A stretch of 62,268 nucleotides of DNA from Eubacteriales bacterium (lineage in GTDB: Bacteria; Bacillota; Clostridia; Oscillospirales; CAG-272): positions 1 to 62,268 of the forward strand of contig JAZLIW010000184.1 in the NCBI GenBank assembly GCA_045617585.1. Reading direction: 5' to 3'. Numbering within the stretch: the stretch's first letter is position 1; each line of letters begins with the position of its first letter. The notes under the pieces were generated by a model. The model was given only the letters and a program-made list of their open reading frames with translations. It was not told the origin of the DNA and made no database searches. This document shows positions 1-8,657 of this stretch, one piece after another. Both the position numbers and the translations under genes were made by a program.

Positions 1-973
1 GGCGGCTGTCCACATAACCGACCGAGACCATCCCGCCCTGCCGTAAGATCGTCCGCGCGAGCGCGAGGGACTCCTCCACGACGGCGTCGGCAAGATACTC
101 GTTGACGTCGTCCCGCCACATGACCTTCTCTTCCTCTGTCAGCGCGGCGAGGTCGGCGTAGATCGCGTTGAGACGCCCGTTGTTCATCGAATATTTCTTG
201 ACCATCAGGTTCTCGGACTTGGTCGAGAGCTTCCAATGGATGTTCTTCATGTGGTCGCCCGCGACGTAGGGGCGGATGTCGGAGAGCTCCGCGCGGTCCG
301 CGCCGTTGTCAAGCTGATTGCTTTCGGTCTCGTCGTCCGAAAGGATGACCCCGTCGGGCAGCTTTTCCTCGGTATTGCCGGGCAGGACCGCGACGCTGCT
401 GAAGCAGCGGCAGTTCTTGCGGATCCGGAAAAAGCGGAAGGGATCGTACAGATAGATCGACTCGATCCCGATCTCGTACATCCCGCGGAAGGGGAAGACG
501 GCGTTCTGTGCGACGCTGCCCGAGCCGAAGGGAACGAGGGAAAGGACACTGATACCGCGCATACAGCGCACTGCGCTCTCGTCGGGCAGCAGCACCTCCG
601 CCTCCACCGTCGGGACCGGGAGGATCCCCGCGTTTTTCAGACAGACGCTGAACGGGACGGGCTCGTTCTTCGACGCGGTGTGCGCGCCGGTCTCACTGAA
701 CGCGGTCACCGTGAAGTAGAGGACCGCGAGATACGCCCCGCTGAACAGCGGCAGGACGAGGAGGAAGACGTAGAACAGCGACGAGACCGGAGAGCTCAGC
801 GCCTGCGTGAAGATCAGCGCAAAGACCGCGAGCACGAGCCAACCGAAAAAGCCGGGGAGAAGTGCGAACGGCGCGCGGGGCTTCTGCTTTTTCCCCGCGG
901 TCTGCTCCTCTTCCTTTTTCTTCAGGAATGAGGGCAGCTCCTTCGGCTTGTCTTTTTTCAGTATTTTACTCAT
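1..973 (-). CDS. DUF58 domain-containing protein (C-terminal part lies beyond the window edge)
   Basis: The frame is open from the ATG at 973 (ATGA overlap with the MoxR stop) to position 1. It begins MSKILKKDKPKELP, has a TM segment and the DUF58 signature ELSDIRPYVAGDHMKNIHW around 240-295. It is absent from the ORF track because no stop lies in the window. Confidence 0.8.
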   Translation of the reverse strand, partial: MSKILKKDKPKELPSFLKKKEEEQTAGKKQKPRAPFALLPGFFGWLVLAVFALIFTQALSSPVSSLFYVFLLVLPLFSGAYLAVLYFTVTAFSETGAHTASKNEPVPFSVCLKNAGILPVPTVEAEVLLPDESAVRCMRGISVLSLVPFGSGSVAQNAVFPFRGMYEIGIESIYLYDPFRFFRIRKNCRCFSSVAVLPGNTEEKLPDGVILSDDETESNQLDNGADRAELSDIRPYVAGDHMKNIHWKLSTKSENLMVKKYSMNNGRLNAIYADLAALTEEEKVMWRDDVNEYLADAVVEESLALARTILRQGGMVSVGYVDSR

Positions 974-1953
974 CTTTTCGCCTTAAAGGGGACCTCGGTC
1001 GTGTGCAGGATCTCGGTCAGGATATCGTTCGCCGAGACGTGCGCGAGCTTTGCCTCCTGCTTGAGGACGAGACGGTGCGCGACCGCCTGACGGAAGATCG
1101 CAGCGACGTCCTCCGGGATCACGAAGCTGCGTCCGTGCAGGAAGGCGTACGCCTGCGCGATGCGCGTAACGGCGATGGAGGCACGCGGGGACGCGCCGAG
1201 CGCGACCTTGGAATGCGCGCGCGTATTGCCGACGAGCGTCACGACGTAGCGGCAGATCTCCTCGTCGATCGTGATGCTGCGCACGATCTGACGGAGCCCG
1301 GAGATGATCTTCCCGTTCGCGACCGGCTTGATCGAATTCGCGGGATCCCCCTCCTTGCGGGCAAGGACGATGTCGATCTCATCCTCGGGCGTGGGATAGC
1401 CCATCGAGATCTTCATGGCAAAGCGGTCGAGCTGTGCCTCGGGCAGCGGATAGGTCCCGACGAAGCCGGTCGGGTTCTGCGTCGCGATGACCATGAAGGG
1501 ACTCGGGATGTCGTAGGTCTTGCCGTCGACCGTCACGCGGCACTCCTCCATCGCCTCGAGCAGCGCGGACTGCGTCTTCGGTGAGGCGCGGTTGATCTCG
1601 TCCGCGAGGAGGATATTGGTCATGACCAGACCCTGCTGGAACTCGAACGATTCGGTAGTGCGGTTATATATATTGAAGCCGGTGATATCGGACGCCATGA
1701 CGTCGGGCGTAAACTGCGCGCGGCGGAAATCCAGCCCCGCGGCGCGTGCCAGCGTGGACGCAAGCGTCGTCTTGCCGACGCCGGGGACGTCCTCGATCAG
1801 GACGTGTCCGCCGGAAAGGAGCGCGGTCACGAGCAGCACGATCTCGGTATGCTTGCCGACCACGACCTCCTCGGTCCTGCGGATCAGGTCCTGCGCGATC
1901 CCGACGACCCTGTCAAAATCCTCACGGCTCATGTCTTTGATATTGTTTTCCAT
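970..1953 (-). CDS. MoxR-family AAA+ ATPase
   Basis: ORF 970-1953 has Walker A VPGVGKTT and the typical MoxR stretch LLADEINRASPKTQSALLEAMEE. A DUF58 gene follows, as in MoxR operons. Confidence 0.9.
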   Translation of the reverse strand: MENNIKDMSREDFDRVVGIAQDLIRRTEEVVVGKHTEIVLLVTALLSGGHVLIEDVPGVGKTTLASTLARAAGLDFRRAQFTPDVMASDITGFNIYNRTTESFEFQQGLVMTNILLADEINRASPKTQSALLEAMEECRVTVDGKTYDIPSPFMVIATQNPTGFVGTYPLPEAQLDRFAMKISMGYPTPEDEIDIVLARKEGDPANSIKPVANGKIISGLRQIVRSITIDEEICRYVVTLVGNTRAHSKVALGASPRASIAVTRIAQAYAFLHGRSFVIPEDVAAIFRQAVAHRLVLKQEAKLAHVSANDILTEILHTTEVPFKAKR

Positions 1954-2062
1954 TTTTCCTACATCCTTCTTTGTTCTGTTGTTTCAAACGGACAAGATAC
2001 ACCAAGTTTTATTATAGCAGAGAGCGCGGAAAAAAGCAAGGGGTTATTGACGCCGGAAAACA

Positions 2063-2093
2063 CAAAAAAGCCCTCCGGGACACCCGGCGGGCT
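2063..2093 (-). terminator. Rho-independent terminator after the aldolase gene
   Basis: The hairpin agccctccggg / cccggcgggct (one mismatch) is followed on the minus strand by a T-run. It lies 20 nt past the stop at 2113. Confidence 0.6.
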
Positions 2094-2112
2094 TGAATCT
2101 GAAGCAAAAAGC

Positions 2113-2793
2113 TTATTTGATCAGGTCGAGGATCGACTTATTGCCGTACACGGTCTTCCAGTCCGCCTCGAAGTCGTCGATGGCGAGCATGGTCATCGGA
2201 TGATAGATGAGCTGGTCGAGCACGTCGGGATTGACGGTGACCGACTGGCAGCCGACCATCGCGATCTTGTGGACCTGTTCGACGGTCTTGAAGGAGGCGG
2301 CAAGGACCTTGGTGGTGATGCCGTTGAGCTTGAACATCTGCACGATCTCGGAAACGACGTTGACGCCGTCGCTGACGATGTTGTCAAGGCGGTTGACGTA
2401 GGGAGCGACGAAGTCGGCGCCCGCGGTCGCGGCAAGCATGGCCTGCTGCTGCGTGAAGATCGCCGTCTCGGTGACGTTGAAGCCGCGTTCCTTCAGCATC
2501 CAGGTCGCGCGCAGACCCTCCTGCGAGATCGGCACCTTGATATACAGCTTGTCGCCGATGATCTCACGGAGCGCCTTCGCCTCCTCGATGATCTTGTCGG
2601 CATCCTGCGAGGTCGTCTGGATGTGGAACATTCTCGTATCCCCGACGATGCTCCTGATCTCCTTGATCAGCGGCAGAAAGTCACGTTTCTCTTTGGAAAT
2701 GATCGTGGGATTGGTGGTAACGCCGGCAATCGGGAAATAATAGGTGTAGCGGCGGATCTTTTCGGTATCGGCGGTATCCAGAATATACAGCAT
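2113..2793 (-). CDS. Fructose-6-phosphate aldolase / class-3 transaldolase
   Basis: ORF 2113-2832. MLYILDTADTEKI...GVTTNPTII matches the N-terminus of short transaldolase/FSA proteins, so the ATG at 2793 is preferred over the ORF-track start at 2832. Confidence 0.85.
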   Translation of the reverse strand: MLYILDTADTEKIRRYTYYFPIAGVTTNPTIISKEKRDFLPLIKEIRSIVGDTRMFHIQTTSQDADKIIEEAKALREIIGDKLYIKVPISQEGLRATWMLKERGFNVTETAIFTQQQAMLAATAGADFVAPYVNRLDNIVSDGVNVVSEIVQMFKLNGITTKVLAASFKTVEQVHKIAMVGCQSVTVNPDVLDQLIYHPMTMLAIDDFEADWKTVYGNKSILDLIK

Positions 2794-2943
2794 GACGCAT
2801 TCCATCTCTTTCTTCATTTCATTCATTATCATTTTCCATTATACCATCAAACGCCGGGTCCGTCAAGACGAAAAAGGGTAGAAAGCGCACAAAATCCGTT
2901 TCCGCTCTTTGCACTCTTTGCATAAAAAACCTTTTATTTCCTC

Positions 2944-2972
2944 TTGACAAAACGCCCTCTCCGTGATATAGT
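2944..2972 (+). promoter_or_regulatory. Sigma-A type promoter for the thiT leader
   Basis: TTGACA (2944-2949), 17-nt spacer, TATAGT (2967-2972). Confidence 0.6.
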
Positions 2973-2984
2973 GATGATACCGCA

Positions 2985-3085
2985 AGTGAAACATCGGGGG
3001 CGCCGAGAGGCTGAGATGCGAGGGGAGACCCTCCTGTCCCTTACTACCTGATATGGGCAATGCCAACGTAGGGAGATCGTTCATC
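2985..3085 (+). promoter_or_regulatory. TPP (THI-box) riboswitch aptamer
   Basis: Conserved THI-element blocks are present: cgggggcgccgagaggCTGAGA ... ACCC ... ACCTGATatGGgcAATGCCaaCGtAGGGAg. The element sits between a promoter and a thiamine transporter gene. Confidence 0.85.
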
Positions 3086-3107
3086 GGATTTCATCTGATC
3101 TGATTTT

Positions 3108-3144
3108 TACCGCAGTGGTGTTCCGCTGCGGTAATTCTTCTTTT
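3108..3144 (+). terminator. Riboswitch expression-platform terminator
   Basis: Hairpin taccgcag...ctgcggta followed by aattcttctttt. The SD GGGAGG (3146-3151) and the ATG at 3157 lie just downstream. Confidence 0.7.
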
Positions 3145-3156
3145 CGGGAGGCTCCT

Positions 3157-3858
3157 ATGAACAGCCATACGCAAGTCAGTCATACGTCTCACACCCGCAC
3201 GCTGACCGAATGCGCGATCCTCGTCGCGATGGGGACCGTCTTCTCGGTCATCAAGATCATCCAGATGCCCTTCGGCGGCTCGGTCACCTTCGTTGCCATG
3301 CTGCCGCTGGTCCTCATCGGCTACCGTCACGGCTTCAAGTGGGGCATGGGCTCTGCCCTCGTGTTCAGCCTGATCCAGATGTTCCTCGGCTTCGGCACGG
3401 TCAGCGCCGCCTTCCTGCCCGGGGACGATCAGATGCTGTGGTATCTCGCCATCCTCATGACCCTGCTCGACTATATCCTCGCCTACTGCCTCGTCGGGCT
3501 CTCTGGCCTCTTCACCGACCGGAAGCACCCGACCCGTTCTCTCTGCCTCGGCGCCCTGACCGGGACCTTCCTCCGCTACGTCTGCCATTTCCTCTCGGGC
3601 TATATCCTCTGGGGCTCCTACGGCAGATGGTTCTTCGAGGAGGGCATCTTCGATCTCTCCGCATGGGGAAGCTGGGCGGAAAACCTCGCGGGCTCGATAA
3701 GCGCGGGCGTCCTCTCGTCCTTTGACGGAACCGGCCTCGCCCTCATCTATTCCCTCTTCTACAACGGCTGCTACATGATCCCCGAGATCATCCTGACCAC
3801 CGCCGCCGCCGCGACCCTTTCAAGGATCCCCGCGGTCAGAAAAGAACTGCTTTCGTAA
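3157..3858 (+). CDS. thiT: Thiamine transporter ThiT (ECF S-component, YuaJ family)
   Basis: Multi-TM protein directly behind the TPP riboswitch. The ORF-track start at 3115 lies inside the terminator hairpin, so the ATG at 3157 with its SD is preferred. Confidence 0.8.
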   Translation: MNSHTQVSHTSHTRTLTECAILVAMGTVFSVIKIIQMPFGGSVTFVAMLPLVLIGYRHGFKWGMGSALVFSLIQMFLGFGTVSAAFLPGDDQMLWYLAILMTLLDYILAYCLVGLSGLFTDRKHPTRSLCLGALTGTFLRYVCHFLSGYILWGSYGRWFFEEGIFDLSAWGSWAENLAGSISAGVLSSFDGTGLALIYSLFYNGCYMIPEIILTTAAAATLSRIPAVRKELLS

Positions 3859-3873
3859 ATCACCGCTCCAAAC

Positions 3874-3921
3874 AAAAATCGGGACCCCCGTCCGCATTCC
3901 GCGTCGGGAGGTCCCGTTTTT
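3874..3921. terminator. Bidirectional terminator between convergent thiT and the DUF554 gene
   Basis: Stem cgggaccccc / gggaggtcccg, flanked by an A-run upstream and a T-run downstream. Confidence 0.6.
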
Positions 3922-3928
3922 CCGTCCG

Positions 3929-4651
3929 TCACACGATCCACGCGTAATATCCGAACGCGAACAGCCCCGCAAAGAGGATCGCGGGGAGCATATTCATGAT
4001 CCGGATCTTTTTGTCGAAGATCATATTGATCGCGATGCCGATGATGAGGATCGAGCCGCAGCAGTTGATCTCGGTGATGACGCCGGGATAGTTCTCAAAG
4101 AAGGGCGCGATCGCCTTCGCGAGCAGGGCGATGCCGCCCTGATAGAGGCAGATCGGGATTGCGGAGAAGCAGACCCCGACGCCGAACTGCGTCCCGAAGA
4201 TCACGGCGGTCACGGTGTCGATCACCGTCTTTGAAAGGATGGTGCCGTAATCCCCGGTCAGCCCCGCGGAGATCGAACCGACCACCGCCATCGCGCCGAC
4301 GCAGAAGAGGAGGGACGCGGTCACAAAGCCTTCGGCAAACTTCCCTTTCTTTCCCTCTCCCTTTCCCCCGCGGGAAAACCGCTTCTCCGCCTTTTCGCCG
4401 AGGCGGTGCAGCTTCCCGTCGAGATCGAGCAGCTCGCCGAGCACCGTGCCGAGCGCAATCGCAAGGATCGGGATCAGCGCGACCTCCCCCTGCACCGAGC
4501 CGGAGATACCGATCACGAGGACGCAGAGCCCCATGCCGAGCAGGACCGATTCGCCCATCCGTCCCCCGCCCGCAGGCAGTTTCTTGCCGATCAGCGTCCC
4601 GTGCAGCCCGCCGCAGATCACGCCGATCGCATTGATGACACCGGAAAACAT
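3929..4651 (-). CDS. DUF554 family membrane protein
   Basis: ORF 3929-4741. MFSGVINAIGVICGG... is the usual DUF554 N-terminus, so the ATG at 4651 is preferred. The protein is polytopic and hydrophobic. Confidence 0.75.
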   Translation of the reverse strand: MFSGVINAIGVICGGLHGTLIGKKLPAGGGRMGESVLLGMGLCVLVIGISGSVQGEVALIPILAIALGTVLGELLDLDGKLHRLGEKAEKRFSRGGKGEGKKGKFAEGFVTASLLFCVGAMAVVGSISAGLTGDYGTILSKTVIDTVTAVIFGTQFGVGVCFSAIPICLYQGGIALLAKAIAPFFENYPGVITEINCCGSILIIGIAINMIFDKKIRIMNMLPAILFAGLFAFGYYAWIV

Positions 4652-4742
4652 CGTACCCAACCTTTCCCCGCTCCCGGATACGCGCCCGGAAACGGAAAAC
4701 GGCACCGAAGGATCCCCGATGCCGTTTGAATTCTGCCGCAAA

Positions 4743-5705
4743 TTACGCGAGATAGTCGCCGAGAGAAGCGGCGCCGATGATGCCCGCGTCGTTGCCGAGC
4801 GCGGCGACGACCAGCTTCGTCAGATCCTTCTCCTTTGCGCCGCGGTTATAGACCTCGGCAAAGACCTTCTCCTTCAGCGGAACGAGCAGACGGTCACCCT
4901 CGTTGCAGATGCCGCCGCCGATCGAAAGGACCTCGGGCTGGAAGATGTTGATCAGGCTCGCGATACCGTCGGCAAGATAGGAGATATAGGTATCGCAGAC
5001 CTCAGCCCCCGCCTTGTCGCCCTGCCGCATCGCGGCGAACGCGGTCTTGCCGCTCACGTTGTCGATCGTGCCGACCATGTCCCACATGATCGTGTCCTTC
5101 GTCTCGGCGAGTTTTTCCTTCGTCATACGGATCAGCGCCGTCGCGGAGGAATACGCTTCGAAGCAGCCCTTTCTGCCGCAGGAGCACTGTCTGCCGTTGT
5201 GCTCGATGACCATGTGGCCGAGCTCCGCGCCCGCGTAGTTGAAGCCGGAATAGATCTTGCCGTCCAGGACGATCCCGCCGCCGACGCCGGTGCCGAGCGT
5301 GATCATCACGGAATTCTTCGTTCCCTTCGCGGCGCCCGCGATCGCTTCCCCGTAGGCAGCGGCGTTCGCGTCGTTTTCCACGTAGACGGTCCCGATCCCG
5401 AGATGCTTCTTCAGGATGCGTGCGATCTCAAAATGACGGAAGGGCAGATTGTTCGCGTACTCGATCACGCCCTCCACGGGATTGGCGCTCCCGGGTGCGG
5501 CGATGCCCGCGTAGGCGACCTCCGCAAGACCGATCCCCTCCTGATCGAGGAGAGAACGGCAGAGCTTCGCCATGTCGATGATGATCTCCTCGGGATCCCG
5601 CTCCGCCTTGGTCGGAACGCTCCCCTTGCGGAGGATCTTGTGATTTTCATCCACGATGCCGACGGCAATGTTCGTGCCGCCGAGATCAATACCGAGATAA
5701 TACAT
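4743..5705 (-). CDS. glcK: ROK-family glucokinase
   Basis: MYYLGIDLGGTNIAVGIVDE N-terminus and the ROK zinc motif HNGRQCSCGRKGCFEAY. Confidence 0.85.
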   Translation of the reverse strand: MYYLGIDLGGTNIAVGIVDENHKILRKGSVPTKAERDPEEIIIDMAKLCRSLLDQEGIGLAEVAYAGIAAPGSANPVEGVIEYANNLPFRHFEIARILKKHLGIGTVYVENDANAAAYGEAIAGAAKGTKNSVMITLGTGVGGGIVLDGKIYSGFNYAGAELGHMVIEHNGRQCSCGRKGCFEAYSSATALIRMTKEKLAETKDTIMWDMVGTIDNVSGKTAFAAMRQGDKAGAEVCDTYISYLADGIASLINIFQPEVLSIGGGICNEGDRLLVPLKEKVFAEVYNRGAKEKDLTKLVVAALGNDAGIIGAASLGDYLA

Positions 5706-5726
5706 ATCTTGTTTCCTTTCTTAAGC

Positions 5727-5771
5727 GTTTGTGGCTTCCGCCCCGGAGAATCGGGAACGGAAGCCACAAAC
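5727..5771 (-). terminator. Strong hairpin between mscL and glcK (terminator-like, no clear U-tract)
   Basis: Perfect 14-bp stem gtttgtggcttccg / cggaagccacaaac with a 17-nt loop, 37 nt after the mscL stop. Confidence 0.45.
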
Positions 5772-5807
5772 CGGGTGTGAGGAAGTCCCTCGCGTTTCAG
5801 TTTTGAT

Positions 5808-6329
5808 TCAGCGCTGCTTCAGCAGTTCCTTGATATCGGCAAGGAGCTCTGCCTGCTTCAGCATGGAAGCCTCGAGAGCAGCCTTCTTCGCTTCAGCCTC
5901 TGCGGCGGCAGCGTCAGCCGCTTCCTTGGCAGCCTTGGCTTCTTCCGCGGCCTTATCGGCAGCAGCTTTTTCCTCGGCGAGCTTCTTCGCTTCCACCTTT
6001 TCCTTCGCCTTGGTGAAGACACGGATGATCAGGAAGATGCAGAACGCGGTGATGAGGAAGTCGAGAATGGTCTGCAGCCAGACGCCCCACAGGATCGCGC
6101 TTTCGGGAGTCACGACCGCGCCCGCCTCGTCGAGGACAGCCTCGTTGATGACGGTCTTGACGGTGCTGAGATCGCCGTTCTTCATGAAGATGCCGATGAA
6201 GGGGTTGATGATGTCGTTGACCAGGCTGGTCACGATCTTGCCGAAGGATCCGCCGATGATCACACCGACTGCCATGTCAAGGACGTTGCCTCTTGCAATG
6301 AACGCTTTGAAATCTTTCAGAAGTCCCAT
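5808..6329 (-). CDS. mscL: Large-conductance mechanosensitive channel MscL with a long Ala/Glu/Lys-rich C-terminal tail
   Basis: MGLLKDFKAFIARGNVLDMAVGVIIGGSFGKIV is the canonical MscL N-terminus. The ATG at 6329 has a GAGG SD 9 nt upstream. The ORF track starts at 6344. Confidence 0.9.
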   Translation of the reverse strand: MGLLKDFKAFIARGNVLDMAVGVIIGGSFGKIVTSLVNDIINPFIGIFMKNGDLSTVKTVINEAVLDEAGAVVTPESAILWGVWLQTILDFLITAFCIFLIIRVFTKAKEKVEAKKLAEEKAAADKAAEEAKAAKEAADAAAAEAEAKKAALEASMLKQAELLADIKELLKQR

Positions 6330-6370
6330 TGTTCCATACCTCACAATAATTATTTGTTGAACTTGTCTTA

Positions 6371-6399
6371 TTTATACCATAAAACGGAAAAAATGTCAA
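6371..6399 (-). promoter_or_regulatory. Sigma-A type promoter for mscL
   Basis: On the minus strand: TTGACA, 17 nt, TATAAA, preceded by TGG (extended -10). Confidence 0.5.
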
Positions 6400-6459
6400 G
6401 AAGTTTTTTCGTTCCGGACGTGCCGTTTTCCTTTCGGCTTCCCTTCCCGCCATCCCTTT

Positions 6460-7527
6460 TCAGCATTCTTTCCCGTTTACCGCGGCGAACAGATTCAGTT
6501 CCCACGCGGGATAGTACCGCGCGCGCACGAGCCGGAAGGAATACGCCGGGTTCATTTTTTTCAGCAGCAGCGGCAGACGGAAAAGGTCCTCCGGACGGTG
6601 ATAGAGCGCGGCGCAGAGGGACGCGCCCTCCCGGATGAAGCGCTCCGAGCCGAGGATCGCCTCGTATTCCGCGCCCTCGACGTCGTATTTGATGAAATCG
6701 CACCGTTCCCCTTCGTCAAGGAGCGAATCGGGGCGCAGCGTACGGACGGTCACCGTTTTTCCCTTTTTGTCTCCGATCCCGCCCCCGATCCGCGAGGAGC
6801 GGCTGCCGCCTTTTTGAAAGGAGGTCTCCCCTTCCCCGCTCCACGCGGCGGCGTTGACCGTCACGGCGGGAAGAGAGGTGACGCTGCGGACGAGCTTTTC
6901 CCAGGTCTTCGGGTCGGGCTCCACGCAGATCAGCTTCCGCAGCGCGGGGGAGCGGTCGGCAAGGAGCTTCGCCGTGTCCCCGGTATAGGCGCCGAGGTCG
7001 ATCGCCGTGCGGAACTCCGTCTTTTCGGGGAGCCCCGGCCACTCCTCCTCCGGGATCCGGTCGGGACGGAGATACGACAGCTTTCCGGTCAGGCGGTAGT
7101 TCACGATCCTGTCGAAAAGATCGAGCGAGGCGGGATCGGAAAACAGCGCCCGCGCGGCTTCGTGGTCGGCAAGGTGCTCTTCATAAAAGGAAGCGTCAAA
7201 GACGTTCTCCCCCGCGACGGGCAGATCGGGCGCGAAGAGCGGCATTTCGGCGTCGATGCGGTCGATCCGCTCCATCACGGGCACAAGATCGGAGGCGAAG
7301 GCGAGAAGCACGTTCATTTTCCCGAAGCGCGCCTTCGCCCCCGCGTAGGTCGTCACCGGAAAGCCGTGAAAGGACTGTCCCCTGACGAATTCGTCCGAGG
7401 CGAACACGCCCGAAACGGCGATCCCTCTTTTTTCGCACTGCGCGATCATCTTGTCCCCGCCGTCCCCCATGCCGTAGAGGACGCAGGGGAGAGAGGAGGA
7501 ACGCAGGGTCTCCCAGACGTCGGTCAT
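6460..7527 (-). CDS. FkbM-family methyltransferase
   Basis: ORF 6460-7569. SAM-methyltransferase blocks IDLGAYTGDTA and FIKYDVEGAEYEAILG. The ATG at 7527 overlaps the upstream stop (ATGA), so it is preferred. Confidence 0.7.
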   Translation of the reverse strand: MTDVWETLRSSSLPCVLYGMGDGGDKMIAQCEKRGIAVSGVFASDEFVRGQSFHGFPVTTYAGAKARFGKMNVLLAFASDLVPVMERIDRIDAEMPLFAPDLPVAGENVFDASFYEEHLADHEAARALFSDPASLDLFDRIVNYRLTGKLSYLRPDRIPEEEWPGLPEKTEFRTAIDLGAYTGDTAKLLADRSPALRKLICVEPDPKTWEKLVRSVTSLPAVTVNAAAWSGEGETSFQKGGSRSSRIGGGIGDKKGKTVTVRTLRPDSLLDEGERCDFIKYDVEGAEYEAILGSERFIREGASLCAALYHRPEDLFRLPLLLKKMNPAYSFRLVRARYYPAWELNLFAAVNGKEC

Positions 7528-8348
7528 GCCTTTGCCTCCCCGAACAGAAGGCGCGCTGCGTTCTTCCATAAAATCGCTTCCCGCTCCTCTCCGGTCAGCG
7601 GGAGCGCGTCGAACAGACGCAGATAGTCCCCGGGCAGCCGCACCGGATAGTCGGAGCCGAACAGCACGCGGTCGGCGCCGCAGGCGCGGATCAGCGCGGT
7701 GCCTTTTTCCGGTCCCGTCGCCCAGAAGGTGCTGGAGCAGTCGAAGACCACGTTTTCACAGTCAAGGAGCAGCGGGGAGTCGGTGTCCCACGCCTGATAT
7801 CCGCCGAAATGCGCGGCAACGATCTTCAGATCCGGGAACGTCCGTGCGATGCGCCGTACCCTTCCCGCCGAGGAATAGCGGTATTCCTCCCGGTTATCCC
7901 CGACGTGCAGCGTCAGGATCATCCCGCGCTCCCGCATCGCGGCATACAGACGCATGAAGCGCGGATCGTCCGCGTCGCAGCGCTGGATGTCCGGGTGCAG
8001 CTTGACGCCCTTCAGCCCCATCGCGAGGCAGCGGTCAAGCTCCTCTTCCACCGGACCGAAATCCTGATGCATCCCGGCAAACCCAACCGACTGAAAGCCG
8101 TGCTCCCGCGACAGCGCGGCGATCGCGGCGACCGAGTCGTTGACCCGCGGCACCTGCCGTCCGTTCGTCGCGACGCAGAACAGAAGAAAGCCGGTGATCC
8201 CGGCTGCCGCTCCGTCCGCCTCCAATTCGCGGTAGCAGCCCTTCCCGTCCACGCGGAACCGGTAAAAATCCGCAAGCCCCGCCGCGGCTTTTTCCGCGAT
8301 GGCCTCCGGGAAAACGTGTGTATGGCAGTCAATGACGCGCAAGTTCAT
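7524..8348 (-). CDS. Amidohydrolase-2 family metal-dependent hydrolase
   Basis: MNLRVIDCHTHVFPE (HxH metal motif), later TLHVGD and GSDYP. Typical TIM-barrel amidohydrolase layout. Confidence 0.75.
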   Translation of the reverse strand: MNLRVIDCHTHVFPEAIAEKAAAGLADFYRFRVDGKGCYRELEADGAAAGITGFLLFCVATNGRQVPRVNDSVAAIAALSREHGFQSVGFAGMHQDFGPVEEELDRCLAMGLKGVKLHPDIQRCDADDPRFMRLYAAMRERGMILTLHVGDNREEYRYSSAGRVRRIARTFPDLKIVAAHFGGYQAWDTDSPLLLDCENVVFDCSSTFWATGPEKGTALIRACGADRVLFGSDYPVRLPGDYLRLFDALPLTGEEREAILWKNAARLLFGEAKA

Positions 8349-8375
8349 CCCTCCGATCGGTATCAGACCCTGCTA

Positions 8376-8404
8376 TTGTATCACTTTTTTCGCCTTTCGT
8401 CAAG
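8376..8404 (-). promoter_or_regulatory. Sigma-A type promoter for the amidohydrolase-FkbM operon
   Basis: On the minus strand: TTGACG, 17 nt, TACAAT. The -35 box lies inside the 9-bp inverted repeat 8399-8424. Confidence 0.5.
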
Positions 8405-8455
8405 AAACGGCGCGTTCTTGACGGAAAAAAGCGAAAAAATATTTTCGGGAACACT

Positions 8456-8484
8456 TGACAAACGGGGAAAAAGGTGATAGAATA
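8456..8484 (+). promoter_or_regulatory. Sigma-A type promoter for infC-rpmI-rplT
   Basis: TTGACA (8456-8461), 17 nt, TAGAAT (8479-8484). Confidence 0.6.
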
Positions 8485-8489
8485 ACACG

Positions 8490-8657
8490 GTACAAAGAAG
8501 CAGAATGACGTTCTCACCCACACGCTCCGAGCGAGGCGGGTCAATAGTGCGAAAACCCGATCGGTTTCCGGTCTTTACCGGGAGCAGGTCTGTAACTGCG
8601 CGGGAACGGATTTCTGTCCGACCACGCTTTTTTTAATTGAATTGGAGGTGCTTGCAC
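8490..8657 (+). promoter_or_regulatory. Long 5' leader of infC (possible L20-leader-type attenuator)
   Basis: About 165 nt of untranslated leader between the promoter and infC, ending in a T7 run (8629-8634). Its position matches the Firmicute L20 leader, but I could not fold a convincing terminator stem by eye. Confidence 0.35.
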
